A stretch of DNA of 64,000 nucleotides from a phage: assembly GCA_012646185.1 (NCBI GenBank), contig GCA_012646185.1_4706.1. One strand, written 5' to 3'. Under the pieces are notes generated by a model that was given only the letters and a program-made list of their open reading frames with translations, made no database searches and was not told the DNA's origin. Both the position numbers and the translations under genes were made by a program. Shown here piece by piece: positions 8,637 to 17,901 of this stretch (position 1 is the first letter of the stretch; each line of letters opens with the position of its first letter).

Positions 8637-10790
8637 TTACTCTGCGGTTTCTTGCTTCGGTAAATAACTTGCTGCAATGTCTTGGGCTAACAATGTATTG
8701 TTTTTATTCGAGATGAAAATACCGTAACTTTCCATTAACGCGTAATACGAACGCACGAGCGTAGAGATCAATCGACGAATATCCATACCTTGAATAAAGA
8801 TATCGGGAAGCCCGGAGGCTTCGATCACCGGTAATGGTATCGTTAAGTTGCTTATCGTTTTCTTATCGTTACGTACAATCCAATCACGGAAACGTTGTTG
8901 TAACCCTTTATCCTCCCAGGAATCAATCCAATCGTTAAGAAGCGTTTTGTTCTTCGTCGCCAACGGCACACGAACCCCAACATAGGGTGGTTCCTGGCAA
9001 TGGCCGTACGATTGAGCAAACACCTCTTCCCACATATCGTAAGACTGTTTCGTTACTGCAACATGCGGTTTCACTTTAACACGTGTTAAGAAATCGGGAT
9101 CACCTCGTTTCATGGACTCAACGATTTCGTTTTCTAACGAGATAATATCATCAAGAACCAATCGAATGCTGATCTTCTCATTACGTAACAGCTTATCCAT
9201 GATACCACACATCATGCGTTCAACACGTTTGACGATCATTTTTGGTGCTGACGCATCACGCATAACAGGACCTTTCAATTCCAGCTTCGGTGGATTGATA
9301 GGAACCCCTTCACGCATGGTCATGTAACCGTAATAGTTTTTACCCATCGAGGTTAACGACAGAATCAAGAACATATATTCGTTCTTCATTTCCATTACGT
9401 ACATATGCTCTTTCGCTACACCGATATTACCAGAACACATCGCCATCAGATGAACCGTAATCTGCGTAACCAGATAGATAAGCGTATTTGCTAAGCGCGT
9501 CGAAACTGGATTGATCTCCATATTTCCAAATCGCCACTGAACCCACTCCTGGCAGGTAAACACCGTCGAGTCGGTATCAGACAACACACCCACTTCACGG
9601 ATTGCTGATGGGAAAGCATAAACGCCAGCCGGTTGGTTCTCGGTACGCCAGAACGCCATAATCAAATCAGCATAGCTTTGAATACGCTGTAGCATTAATT
9701 TTGTCGTTGCTGCAGTAAGACGATAACCAAGCTCATTTCCTTTTTCTAGCGCTACGTAAATCGCTTCCCCGTTCAAGAACTCCGTGCATTGTGCTGTAAT
9801 CCAAGCGACCGTGTTGTTATCCATGGAAGCAATAATGGCTTTAGCCTCTTCCATCGTTTCAACCGGTTCGGATGCCAGTTCACATAACGAGTCAAGAAAA
9901 TCTCGAACAAATTCAGGATTAAGCTCACGTAACGAGTACAGGTTATTGCTGTACATGTAGCAGGCACGTTCCAGTGGGGTTAAACCAGTAATTAACTCCC
10001 GGATAATCAGTTCTTTCTCTGGGTCGAAAGTATATCGATGCAAGCATTTCGATACGTTAGCCCAAACCTCTTCCGGTGTAGGGTAATGTAATTTGTATTT
10101 TACCATTACCTGTTCAATGGCTTTACGATCGCTGTTACGGACAATACTTACGATGTTTTCGATTGCGATATCACAATCGTAATAATGGAAATTGCCCGCA
10201 AGGAAGCGTTCGTTGTTCGCATTGGCTGAACCTGAAGCACAGCGACATGTTGTCGTTAAACTTGGATGCGCGATCGGATTATAAAAAGGGTTAAACTTGG
10301 ACGCCTGGGTTCCTGACAAACTGTTGTTATCTAACTTGGTGTTGGTTTGTCGTTTATCGTGTAACTCAGCTTCATCTTTACGTCCGTGTGCTTGTGCTAT
10401 CGACATTTGTTTCTTTTGTTTCTTACGCAACTTACCGTTTTCAACCGCGAAGTCGCTTAGCACACTGGAGCGTGTCTCACGTGGGTAACAGTTAGCCCAC
10501 ACCGGCGTGATAATTAAATTATTTTCTTTAATATCGTTGAAGTATTGGCTGAACTTGATGACTTCTTTTTCTCGATTTCCTTCGGTACGCTGTGTTAATA
10601 CAAGACAGTCGGGATCAACCATCCCGTATTTTCCACCAGGACGAACCGTTTCAAGAACAAACTGCAACGCTTCCTGCTGTGATATCCCACGCATGCGCAT
10701 TAAGAACAGGGTATAATCCTGTACCGCTTCTTTGGTCATATCCAACGTACGACCATATCCGTTTTCATCGTAAAAGAACGGATTTTCCAT
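8637..10790 (-). CDS. hypothetical protein (717 aa)
   Basis: Long ORF with TGGAGGA SD; contains an SDTDS peptide but no other polymerase or P-loop motif, so no function is called. Confidence 0.7.
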   Translation of the reverse strand: MENPFFYDENGYGRTLDMTKEAVQDYTLFLMRMRGISQQEALQFVLETVRPGGKYGMVDPDCLVLTQRTEGNREKEVIKFSQYFNDIKENNLIITPVWANCYPRETRSSVLSDFAVENGKLRKKQKKQMSIAQAHGRKDEAELHDKRQTNTKLDNNSLSGTQASKFNPFYNPIAHPSLTTTCRCASGSANANNERFLAGNFHYYDCDIAIENIVSIVRNSDRKAIEQVMVKYKLHYPTPEEVWANVSKCLHRYTFDPEKELIIRELITGLTPLERACYMYSNNLYSLRELNPEFVRDFLDSLCELASEPVETMEEAKAIIASMDNNTVAWITAQCTEFLNGEAIYVALEKGNELGYRLTAATTKLMLQRIQSYADLIMAFWRTENQPAGVYAFPSAIREVGVLSDTDSTVFTCQEWVQWRFGNMEINPVSTRLANTLIYLVTQITVHLMAMCSGNIGVAKEHMYVMEMKNEYMFLILSLTSMGKNYYGYMTMREGVPINPPKLELKGPVMRDASAPKMIVKRVERMMCGIMDKLLRNEKISIRLVLDDIISLENEIVESMKRGDPDFLTRVKVKPHVAVTKQSYDMWEEVFAQSYGHCQEPPYVGVRVPLATKNKTLLNDWIDSWEDKGLQQRFRDWIVRNDKKTISNLTIPLPVIEASGLPDIFIQGMDIRRLISTLVRSYYALMESYGIFISNKNNTLLAQDIAASYLPKQETAE

Positions 10791-10851
10791 AAATCCTCCA
10801 AAAGTTATTTAGTCTGTCTACATCATCTCGTATATCTGTTAAAAAAGAAGG

Positions 10852-10864
10852 ACGGCATAAAAAA
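10852..10864 (-). promoter_or_regulatory. late-promoter-like motif TTTTTTATGCCGT after hairpin
   Basis: Plus strand acggcataaaaaa adjacent to hairpin 10866-10893; ~65 nt upstream of the ATG at 10790. Confidence 0.5.
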
Positions 10865-10865
10865 G

Positions 10866-10893
10866 AACCGATCCAGCCGAAGCCAGATCGGTT
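10866..10893 (-). terminator. intrinsic terminator hairpin
   Basis: aaccgatc...gatcggtt inverted repeat followed on the minus strand by a U-tract. Confidence 0.5.
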
Positions 10894-11088
10894 AAAAAGG
10901 ATAATAACTGACAGAAAGATATCGATGATGTTCGTGAAACAAGATCTTCTCTCGTGTACAATGATGCTAGATCAGAGGGAGGTTGTAACACGAGAGGTGG
11001 TCCGCCAAAGAAGGAATAAAAACACGAACCTATCTTATTTCACTGATGGCACTAACCACTCAAAATATATAGTACTGTATGTAAAAGT

Positions 11089-11502
11089 TTACTGATTAAT
11101 CAAGTCGTTAGCAACAATCTTGGTGTAACCCGCCTGATTAAGAATTTGATTAATTTTCGTCACGTCGGTCGCATCCTCAATAACGATGCTGGGTTTATAG
11201 ATCAGCGTCTTGGTAACGACGATTGTACTCTCCTTAATCCAAGGAATCCCTAGAATCACATACTCGCCGTCGGCTGTAATGACCTCGACGTAATTGTATT
11301 TCGTCGGATCGTTCGGTACACTAGACGGGAGCCGGGAATAAATCTGTTGGTGAATGGCATCTACATCACGACCGTTACGTACAGCTGTGCGATAATTGTA
11401 CACAGCGCTAATTTCTACTCCGTTGAAGTTAACCCCAAGTTCTGGGGCGTACACATCAAAACTCACAACAGAGCCAATCTTTTCTAAATCAGAAGCTGGC
11501 AT
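11089..11502 (-). CDS. hypothetical protein
   Basis: 137-aa ORF; AAGGAT SD 8 nt before the ATG. Confidence 0.65.
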   Translation of the reverse strand: MPASDLEKIGSVVSFDVYAPELGVNFNGVEISAVYNYRTAVRNGRDVDAIHQQIYSRLPSSVPNDPTKYNYVEVITADGEYVILGIPWIKESTIVVTKTLIYKPSIVIEDATDVTKINQILNQAGYTKIVANDLINQ

Positions 11503-11513
11503 AATAGCATCCT

Positions 11514-12035
11514 TTATTTAAAAATGTATTCATATCCGAAAGTCGTCGCTGACCAGACCCGGATAGATGATAGTGTTCCGCCACGATAAAACGTTTTTGT
11601 GAATTCCATATCCTGGACAACACGATAATAAACACGTCCGATAATACGCACGATAAGGTTTCGTGATAACGATCTCTCCTCGCAGTATTCATCGATAAAG
11701 TCATCGTCGATATCCGATAAGACAACATCCGCAATTTCTTGCAGTAGATTCCTCATCAGCATCTGCCTTCCTTCGGTACCCCACCCAGACAAACAGTAAT
11801 CGTCTTCTGCCTGACTATAGATGTCGTTAACCGCCTGTTCGAGCAGTTGCTCAAGATAGTAGTCATCGCGTTTTATAACGTGGCGACGGCGCTCAGTGGC
11901 GTATTTTTCCATCCTGTGTTTCTCTTGTTCGGCGTATGTATTAACGACGCCACAGTCTTTTCTGGATCGTCCCACAATGCACGACGAAAACTGGATACTA
12001 CCATAACGGTAGGATAGATTTGTACAACCTCCCAT
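11514..12035 (-). CDS. hypothetical protein (start uncertain)
   Basis: ORF-track coordinates; N-terminal part overlaps ORF 11873..12361 in another frame; an internal Met (MEKYATERRR, near 11912) is a possible true start. Confidence 0.45.
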   Translation of the reverse strand: MGGCTNLSYRYGSIQFSSCIVGRSRKDCGVVNTYAEQEKHRMEKYATERRRHVIKRDDYYLEQLLEQAVNDIYSQAEDDYCLSGWGTEGRQMLMRNLLQEIADVVLSDIDDDFIDEYCEERSLSRNLIVRIIGRVYYRVVQDMEFTKTFYRGGTLSSIRVWSATTFGYEYIFK

Positions 12036-12361
12036 CCGTAACGATGTGCGTTAGTCGTACGTCCGACATTGAACAGACATAGCTGATTTAAGAAACAGAG
12101 CTGCATCTTCGTAAACAACACCATGTCTTCACGTTTAACGTATCCGAGGATATACGCATTCTCGAACGCCTCGCGTGACAAGACGGGACGATTAAGATAC
12201 CGTAACGCTAATACCAACAACGTTGTTATGCGCAACGGATCTTCTGGGTCATTCATGGTACTCAGCTCTGCTTGTAACCAGTCAGGGATAGTAACCGTCA
12301 GACGATAGGTATCTGTTCCACGATCAACCACATTCAATGTTGAAAAAGGCAACATATCCAT
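11873..12361 (-). CDS. hypothetical protein (start/end uncertain)
   Basis: ORF-track coordinates; part of a chain of mutually overlapping minus-strand ORFs in alternating frames. Confidence 0.4.
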   Translation of the reverse strand: MDMLPFSTLNVVDRGTDTYRLTVTIPDWLQAELSTMNDPEDPLRITTLLVLALRYLNRPVLSREAFENAYILGYVKREDMVLFTKMQLCFLNQLCLFNVGRTTNAHRYGWEVVQIYPTVMVVSSFRRALWDDPEKTVASLIHTPNKRNTGWKNTPLSAVATL

Positions 12362-12899
12362 GAATTCCTTCTAGCTCGAGGTTGTTCTCGCCGGTCTTCG
12401 GTAATAACCCACTGGCCGTTAACATCTGTGTCATCGAGTAGTCAAAGCACGGGAATATCAGGTTAACGGTTTCCTGGATCGCGTCAACATAACTATAAAT
12501 GGCTTCATAATACTCACCGTCATGATCTACGCTAACCAGTTCCTGACACAGTTCTTCGCTTATCATTTCATATACCGGTGGATACCACGATTGAAATGGT
12601 CGCTGCATACGTAACGACCAGTACTCGTACGTTGTATACTGAAGCACGTCATAAGCCGATACGTTAATGCGGTCGAAGAAAGCATACTTGTCCATATGCT
12701 GGTACAACATCGCCAACACGGTTTCCAAGCACACCGATATCCGCACGCCGTCATCTTTCCCGTTAAGAAAATTAGGTTTCTGCCGATAACGCACAAATGC
12801 CGACGGCCTTGATTGCATTATTCCACCACCAACCATAACGTCATACTCGTATCTAACGTAAAATTGAAATGCCACCAATCTTCTACACGTGGAATCCAC
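12324..12899 (-). CDS. hypothetical protein (start uncertain)
   Basis: ORF-track coordinates; ATG at 12818 (MQSRPS...) overlaps the upstream stop (taATG) and is a plausible true start. Confidence 0.45.
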   Translation of the reverse strand: MDSTCRRLVAFQFYVRYEYDVMVGGGIMQSRPSAFVRYRQKPNFLNGKDDGVRISVCLETVLAMLYQHMDKYAFFDRINVSAYDVLQYTTYEYWSLRMQRPFQSWYPPVYEMISEELCQELVSVDHDGEYYEAIYSYVDAIQETVNLIFPCFDYSMTQMLTASGLLPKTGENNLELEGIHGYVAFFNIECG

Positions 12900-13501
12900 G
12901 TACGAAGGATTTGGTTAACTTCGCTTCGCATCACCGATAAACGACAACGAAAATCGAACTTCTCATCGTGGCCGTAGTCTTCATGCATGAAAACTTCATC
13001 CAAAACGAACTCAAGTTGCATGTCGACATCGCGGCCAGAGATATTCCGTTTGTACAAATACAGTTCAATCGTGTCGTAAAGCAACGTATGAATATCATAA
13101 TTTCCGTTCGGTGAGAAATAAGGTAATCGCTCATCGAGCATCGAAAACAGATATTCACTGTAGTTTAATAACGGGATGATGTATCGACGCCCTGTCTGTG
13201 GTGTGCGAATATGTATCGAAACCTGACTTGGGCGCGGAATAACCGACGGCTTAGAATCGTCTCTCTGAAATTGCTCTAAAGATCGCAACAAAGGTGGCCG
13301 CATTGTAACTCTCCAACGCCCAATTGTAAGGCCCTTCCAACATGTGTTCCCATACGTGAATAAACTCACTACCGAAGACAGGCTCCAGCGCCATGGTGAG
13401 ATTCGTAAGTTCTGACGCAGCCGCATGGTAAGCATCAACATGTCTTTCCATTGACGGATCGTCTTCATTGAAAATACGTTCTGTGTCGCCAGCCCGCTCA
13501 A
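12818..13501 (-). CDS. hypothetical protein (start uncertain)
   Basis: ORF-track coordinates; protein-like sequence begins only in the C-terminal half; first ATG after the upstream stop is at 13141. Confidence 0.4.
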   Translation of the reverse strand: MSGLATQNVFSMKTIRQWKDMLMLTMRLRQNLRISPWRWSLSSVVSLFTYGNTCWKGLTIGRWRVTMRPPLLRSLEQFQRDDSKPSVIPRPSQVSIHIRTPQTGRRYIIPLLNYSEYLFSMLDERLPYFSPNGNYDIHTLLYDTIELYLYKRNISGRDVDMQLEFVLDEVFMHEDYGHDEKFDFRCRLSVMRSEVNQILRTWIPRVEDWWHFNFTLDTSMTLWLVVE

Positions 13502-13880
13502 TAAGTTCGGTAATGAGATCTGTCCATGTCTCGTGACACGTCATCATTTCCTGTTCTCGACTTAGTATGCCGATGTCTGCGTGGACGCTGGACTCGAACC
13601 GGTCTAAAAGGACCCGAAGAACGTGCACCTTGTCGATGTATTTCACCGTTATCCAGGAAAGCGGTTGCCACCGACTCAGCATCCATCCGGTACTCGGGAA
13701 CCCCAAACTCATATAGTACGGGTTGCACCGGACCGAAGACGGAGCGACGTTGTTTAAATCGTTCCTTAAGGGCAAGGCCTTGTTTAATATAAACGGGTTC
13801 ATTGGCGAGCTGTTCCGCTTTTCGTTTTGCGTGAGCCAATCGAAGTTCTTCCAATTGCCCAAGCCATTCAAATTGTTCAT
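13251..13880 (-). CDS. hypothetical protein (start uncertain)
   Basis: ORF-track coordinates; first ~110 codons are W/R-rich and overlap the 13498..14475 frame. Confidence 0.4.
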   Translation of the reverse strand: MNNLNGLGNWKNFDWLTQNEKRNSSPMNPFILNKALPLRNDLNNVAPSSVRCNPYYMSLGFPSTGWMLSRWQPLSWITVKYIDKVHVLRVLLDRFESSVHADIGILSREQEMMTCHETWTDLITELIERAGDTERIFNEDDPSMERHVDAYHAAASELTNLTMALEPVFGSEFIHVWEHMLEGPYNWALESYNAATFVAIFRAISERRF

Positions 13881-14475
13881 CTGTTAGCTCCTGGGGACGT
13901 TCAACAATCGCGCCAGACGGGCAGATATTGATCGTAATGTTAATTGACGGCATCGCCATCACTCGAGGATTACTATTACGTACGCGGACAACATGTTCGG
14001 TTGCTGATTTACGATCGACGCAATACTCTGTTTCTTGGAACTCAAATGCTTTTAACGGCGTTGGTTTTGTTTGATGTTTAGGAACGCGGCCAAGATCAAC
14101 AATATAGGCATAATCGCACACACGTTCTATTCCGTAAATACGGTTATCCGACCAGTTCTTACCAAACAGCTTGTTGTGATGATAAGACAGATATTCGGTT
14201 ACCATACCCTGGACAACATCGAAGTCTTCTCGAAATTCAGGTTGGTACCAAATCGGACCGAGAATATCTGCGAACGATTCATGACGATATCGAGGATCAT
14301 GTCGAGTCCAGGTCATTCTCTGATTAAGATCGAAATCCACCAACAACTCGGTTAATTGCAATTTTTCCTTCGGAGAAAGCTGGCGTTGATGATGCAAACT
14401 CAGACAATCGATAAGCGGTAATGAAACCCACGATGCTAATGTGTACAAATCGATCCTGGCTAATCTCTTGGTCAT
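13498..14475 (-). CDS. hypothetical protein
   Basis: 325-aa ORF; Arg-rich C-terminal tail overlaps the next frame, so a frameshift or overlap is possible. Confidence 0.5.
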   Translation of the reverse strand: MTKRLARIDLYTLASWVSLPLIDCLSLHHQRQLSPKEKLQLTELLVDFDLNQRMTWTRHDPRYRHESFADILGPIWYQPEFREDFDVVQGMVTEYLSYHHNKLFGKNWSDNRIYGIERVCDYAYIVDLGRVPKHQTKPTPLKAFEFQETEYCVDRKSATEHVVRVRNSNPRVMAMPSINITINICPSGAIVERPQELTDEQFEWLGQLEELRLAHAKRKAEQLANEPVYIKQGLALKERFKQRRSVFGPVQPVLYEFGVPEYRMDAESVATAFLDNGEIHRQGARSSGPFRPVRVQRPRRHRHTKSRTGNDDVSRDMDRSHYRTY

Positions 14476-14566
14476 ACTCTTTTCCTAAGTCCCCATTGTT
14501 TATACACACGATATCTGGGAATAGTTAAAATATACGGCGTAAAACGAAGCAGGAGAGTTTCTGACG

Positions 14567-14887
14567 TCATTTTCTCCCTCTTCGAATACTACCGATACCT
14601 CTTTCGTCTAAGACGTCCCAGGCACGCTTTATTTCATCCTCCGTTGCTCTGGTATCTGGAGGGACAACCATAACACAGTCATGGAATGGCCAATGTGTAG
14701 GTCTGGGGTTAGCGAACAAATCATCCCATTCAAATGTCCATTCTTTCTTTGAGCGATTGTAGTAGAGCGTAAGGTACGTGTTGGTATACGCTGGATAACC
14801 ATGCATCACTTCAATATCCTTACGATCTTGCCGTTCCTGATTCCAATCGTTAAACCGCTTTCTTATTTTCTCCCACCACTTTCCCAT
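14567..14887 (-). CDS. hypothetical protein
   Basis: 106-aa ORF; TAGGAGAAAG SD; TTTTATGCCGT motif ~17 nt upstream. Confidence 0.6.
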   Translation of the reverse strand: MGKWWEKIRKRFNDWNQERQDRKDIEVMHGYPAYTNTYLTLYYNRSKKEWTFEWDDLFANPRPTHWPFHDCVMVVPPDTRATEDEIKRAWDVLDERGIGSIRRGRK

Positions 14888-14899
14888 GCTTTCTCCTAC

Positions 14900-14910
14900 A
14901 CGGCATAAAA
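14900..14910 (-). promoter_or_regulatory. late-promoter-like motif TTTTATGCCGT after hairpin
   Basis: Plus strand acggcataaaa adjacent to hairpin 14910-14931. Confidence 0.45.
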
Positions 14911-14931
14911 GCCTGCCCCGAAGGACAGGCT
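14910..14931 (-). terminator. hairpin (agcctg-10 nt-caggct)
   Basis: Inverted repeat between CDSs 14941..15141 and 14567..14887; no strong U-tract. Confidence 0.35.
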
Positions 14932-14940
14932 CGATAGAAC

Positions 14941-15141
14941 TTAACGACCATCCAATTTCAATGAAGGATGGTTGACGATATGTGCGTGTTTTGCTGGGTC
15001 ATATAGCTGATATGGAAAATAGCCATGCCATTGACGGCCTTGGCATTTCGTACACAGGAACTGACCAACACCTTGTCGATTCTCGTAAGCGAGTTCGGTA
15101 CTATCAACATGACCGCAACGTTCGCAGATAAACAGCGACAT
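14941..15141 (-). CDS. small zinc-ribbon protein (CxxC...CxxC)
   Basis: 66-aa ORF MSLFICERCGHV...CTKCQG with two CxxC pairs; the overlapping ORF 14958..15179 is rejected. Confidence 0.5.
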   Translation of the reverse strand: MSLFICERCGHVDSTELAYENRQGVGQFLCTKCQGRQWHGYFPYQLYDPAKHAHIVNHPSLKLDGR

Positions 15142-15178
15142 AGCGCATCCCCATTCACTTGAACCTTTTGGTTCGGCA

Positions 15179-16159
15179 TTAGAAAAGCAAGAAACCGCTA
15201 TTCTTCGCTTCCGCTACAGTTTCGTCACCAACTTTCGGTGCCTGTTGACGTGCGTTACGATGTTCGATGTAACGTTTCGCTTCGTCAGCGATTTGTTTGA
15301 TAATACCCCCTAAACGATCGGTACTTAAAACAAACGACGTCGCTTCACGAATCGGGCTGCTTTCAGGCACAAAACCATCACAGCTGTAAATAGCGCTAAC
15401 ACCCATGACTTTTGTCGCGTCTTTCGGATAAAGCGTACAGAAAGCAATCGGGCTATCGTTCTCTTTCGTCCAATCGTATCCCATGAACGTATTCAGTTCG
15501 GTGATCGTTGGTTCCAAACCGGTAACACGTGGATGGTTTAAGAAGTTTTCCAGGTCGGCGCTGTCAAGACGACGGTTCTCGCCAGAAAACAGAACACAAA
15601 GCTGGCTAATAACAACCTGCACGTCCAGGTTGACATCCTGCTCCGATTTCCCATTTTCGCCATTCATGTGATAGCTAACAATCACTGGACGTTTCAACCC
15701 TTCTGCAGCCGCCATCAGTCCCTTGAAGGTGCGATCGGCGTTGATCGTCTGGCGCTCATCATCGAACGAGGCAACGATACAACACACCACACGTTCACCG
15801 CGTTCCAGCAGGTTAGCAACCAACGCAGGACCGGCAACAGAACCTGAACCACCGCTCAAACTAAAGACCACGATATTAAATTTACCGGGCGTACGCTTAT
15901 TCAGAATACCCGGGATTTGTGAACAGATCAGTTCAGCGTTCTCATCACGCTTCTTACCAGAACCGTCTAACTCACGACCGGCTGCATCTTTAAAGATGTA
16001 AATATGATCGTCACCCAGTGTGCTATCGCGTAGGTTAGCGCGGCTGGTATCGACATACGTCATGCTGTGTAATCCTTTCGCGACTTCGCCTTCAAATGCT
16101 GAGCCGATTTCGCCACCACAACCACCGACAGCCCAAATATGTACTTGGTTCTCTTGCAT
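15179..16159 (-). CDS. phuZ: PhuZ-like phage tubulin/FtsZ-family GTPase
   Basis: 326 aa; N-terminal VGGCGGEIG (tubulin T1-loop-like) and SLSGGSGS (T4-loop GGGTGSG-like signature); TAGGAG SD. Confidence 0.75.
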   Translation of the reverse strand: MQENQVHIWAVGGCGGEIGSAFEGEVAKGLHSMTYVDTSRANLRDSTLGDDHIYIFKDAAGRELDGSGKKRDENAELICSQIPGILNKRTPGKFNIVVFSLSGGSGSVAGPALVANLLERGERVVCCIVASFDDERQTINADRTFKGLMAAAEGLKRPVIVSYHMNGENGKSEQDVNLDVQVVISQLCVLFSGENRRLDSADLENFLNHPRVTGLEPTITELNTFMGYDWTKENDSPIAFCTLYPKDATKVMGVSAIYSCDGFVPESSPIREATSFVLSTDRLGGIIKQIADEAKRYIEHRNARQQAPKVGDETVAEAKNSGFLLF

Positions 16160-16223
16160 GTGAACTCCTAATTTAATATGTATTTAACGCACAATGAATC
16201 TTTCTTTGCTAAAGGGGTGACCC

Positions 16224-17066
16224 ATGGGTGCTATTGACTACAGTGTAGATCGTATCTGTCGTACAATACCGGCAGATATCCTACAGTATTGCTATATCGA
16301 TCGTTACGACTGGCGTAATCGCTATCCTCGTTCCGTAGAAGACATCATTACCGATTGGGTAATCCGTAAACGGGTTATCGGCGACATCGATATCTACGGG
16401 GGGCTACAAACCGTTATCCCCCTTGATGATGCCGGTGTCACTATCGAAGAAGTCACCATTAACTGTTATGTTTTCCACATTCCGTTGGAAGCCACACAGG
16501 GACGTTATATCACGTCCGCATTATCCATTATTTCAGGGAGCGTGAACAACTACGGAATAAACTATAACGGGCAATGGGGTGCTTTCAACCAAACCCAGTT
16601 TCAACGTCAGCTTTGTGGGTGGAACCCCGCAAGCAACACGTTACAGCAAGGGATGAACGCGTTCGGTCCCATGAACGTTCTTAGTACAGCCAACGTTGAT
16701 ATCATCGCCCCTAACACCATCATGGTGAACAACGTCACGCCTGTACAATTTCCCCTGAGCCTACGCTGTTTCCTTGCCCACGATCCGGAACTTACCAACC
16801 TCAGCATGGAGGTTTGGAACGACTTCTACAAACTCTGTTTATACGCCACGCAAAGTGACATCTACAACAGAACCGTTATCCGTCTCGATAGAGGTGTTAC
16901 AGCACAAGGACAAGAAGTCGGTGCATTCAAGGAATACATCGATCGCTTTGCCGATGCTGAAAACACATATCAGGAATTCCTGAACGAAACGTGGGCTGGC
17001 GTTGCCGCCTGGAACGATCCGCAAACTAAACGTCGCGCCATTCGACTACAAACCGGTTACTTCTGA
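16224..17066 (+). CDS. hypothetical protein
   Basis: 280-aa plus-strand ORF divergent from phuZ; AAAGGGGTGA SD. Confidence 0.65.
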   Translation: MGAIDYSVDRICRTIPADILQYCYIDRYDWRNRYPRSVEDIITDWVIRKRVIGDIDIYGGLQTVIPLDDAGVTIEEVTINCYVFHIPLEATQGRYITSALSIISGSVNNYGINYNGQWGAFNQTQFQRQLCGWNPASNTLQQGMNAFGPMNVLSTANVDIIAPNTIMVNNVTPVQFPLSLRCFLAHDPELTNLSMEVWNDFYKLCLYATQSDIYNRTVIRLDRGVTAQGQEVGAFKEYIDRFADAENTYQEFLNETWAGVAAWNDPQTKRRAIRLQTGYF

Positions 17067-17593
17067 TTAACGACAGCTTCCTCCCTCGGAGTTTTCGAGG
17101 GAGGTATTTGCCGTTTGAACACTTTCAGCATGTTCGCAAAATCAGCAGCAATAATACAGGCCGAGGTTGATAGCTTATTACTGAAAATGAGATCGTCCGG
17201 TAAACAATCGAACTGAATACCGTATTGCGTCTTTGTCTCATCAACGATCAATGACGGTGTCGATCTTGTCTTCGCGATGTCGGTGATATACAAACGTAGA
17301 AATAATTCACCGTCTTCGCTATCCATAAAACGATAAGCGTTACCAGAAAACGCAACATGCGGCGTAACGATAAATTGAACACGATCGTCGGTCGGATGGA
17401 TATTTAACCAACGTTCGATATCATTACTACTCACATTTCGCATATTTACTACGGTAAAAGCAAATAGCGTATCGTGATGTTTGGAATAATGCAGCACGTA
17501 CGCCGCACCTTTCTTTTTGTGAATCCCTTCAATGTATTCTATTGTCGTATAGCCAGATTTATATAGCTTTACTTGCGGTTTATCACTCATCAT
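17057..17593 (-). CDS. hypothetical protein
   Basis: ORF track 17057..17674 trimmed to the ATG at 17593, which overlaps the upstream TGA stop (ATGA arrangement). Confidence 0.55.
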   Translation of the reverse strand: MMSDKPQVKLYKSGYTTIEYIEGIHKKKGAAYVLHYSKHHDTLFAFTVVNMRNVSSNDIERWLNIHPTDDRVQFIVTPHVAFSGNAYRFMDSEDGELFLRLYITDIAKTRSTPSLIVDETKTQYGIQFDCLPDDLIFSNKLSTSACIIAADFANMLKVFKRQIPPSKTPREEAVVNQK

Positions 17594-17889
17594 AACAACC
17601 CTTCCCGTTTCATCGCAGCACGCATACTTGCGTAAAGCGCATTCTTCATCGCACCTGGACGCAACGGATAACAAATCTCATATCGACGTCCTTGTTTTAC
17701 AGCAATTTTCCTTCCGTTCAGAAACAACGCACCATTATCCAGCAACAACTCACCTTGTAGTATCATGAGTCCTGCTTTAACATGACGTCCTTCTTCTTTC
17801 GTTAAGACCTTATAGCCGTGTTTATCCAATAACCACAATTCGTAGATACCATGCGCAGCCTTCGGCATTACTTTCTTCTTCGTCGTCAT
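17590..17889 (-). CDS. hypothetical protein
   Basis: 99-aa basic ORF in co-oriented array. Confidence 0.55.
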   Translation of the reverse strand: MTTKKKVMPKAAHGIYELWLLDKHGYKVLTKEEGRHVKAGLMILQGELLLDNGALFLNGRKIAVKQGRRYEICYPLRPGAMKNALYASMRAAMKREGLL

Positions 17890-17901
17890 GGAAGATCCTC
17901 C

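Noticed and set aside
8637-10790. SDTDS peptide in the 717-aa protein, suggestive of DNA polymerase motif C (YGDTDS)
   Set aside because: No polymerase motif A or B (DxxSLYPS, Kx3NSxYG) in the expected order and no exonuclease motifs; judged coincidental
13575-13610. tRNA-like T-loop sequence (minus strand GGTTCGAGTCC)
   Set aside because: Flanking bases do not form a 5-bp T-stem or an acceptor stem, and the motif lies inside an ORF; no cloverleaf could be built. No convincing tRNA was found in any intergenic region
14958-15179. 73-aa ORF overlapping the zinc-ribbon ORF 14941..15141 in another frame
   Set aside because: Lacks the paired CxxC motifs and a convincing ribosome-binding site; the zinc-ribbon frame is preferred
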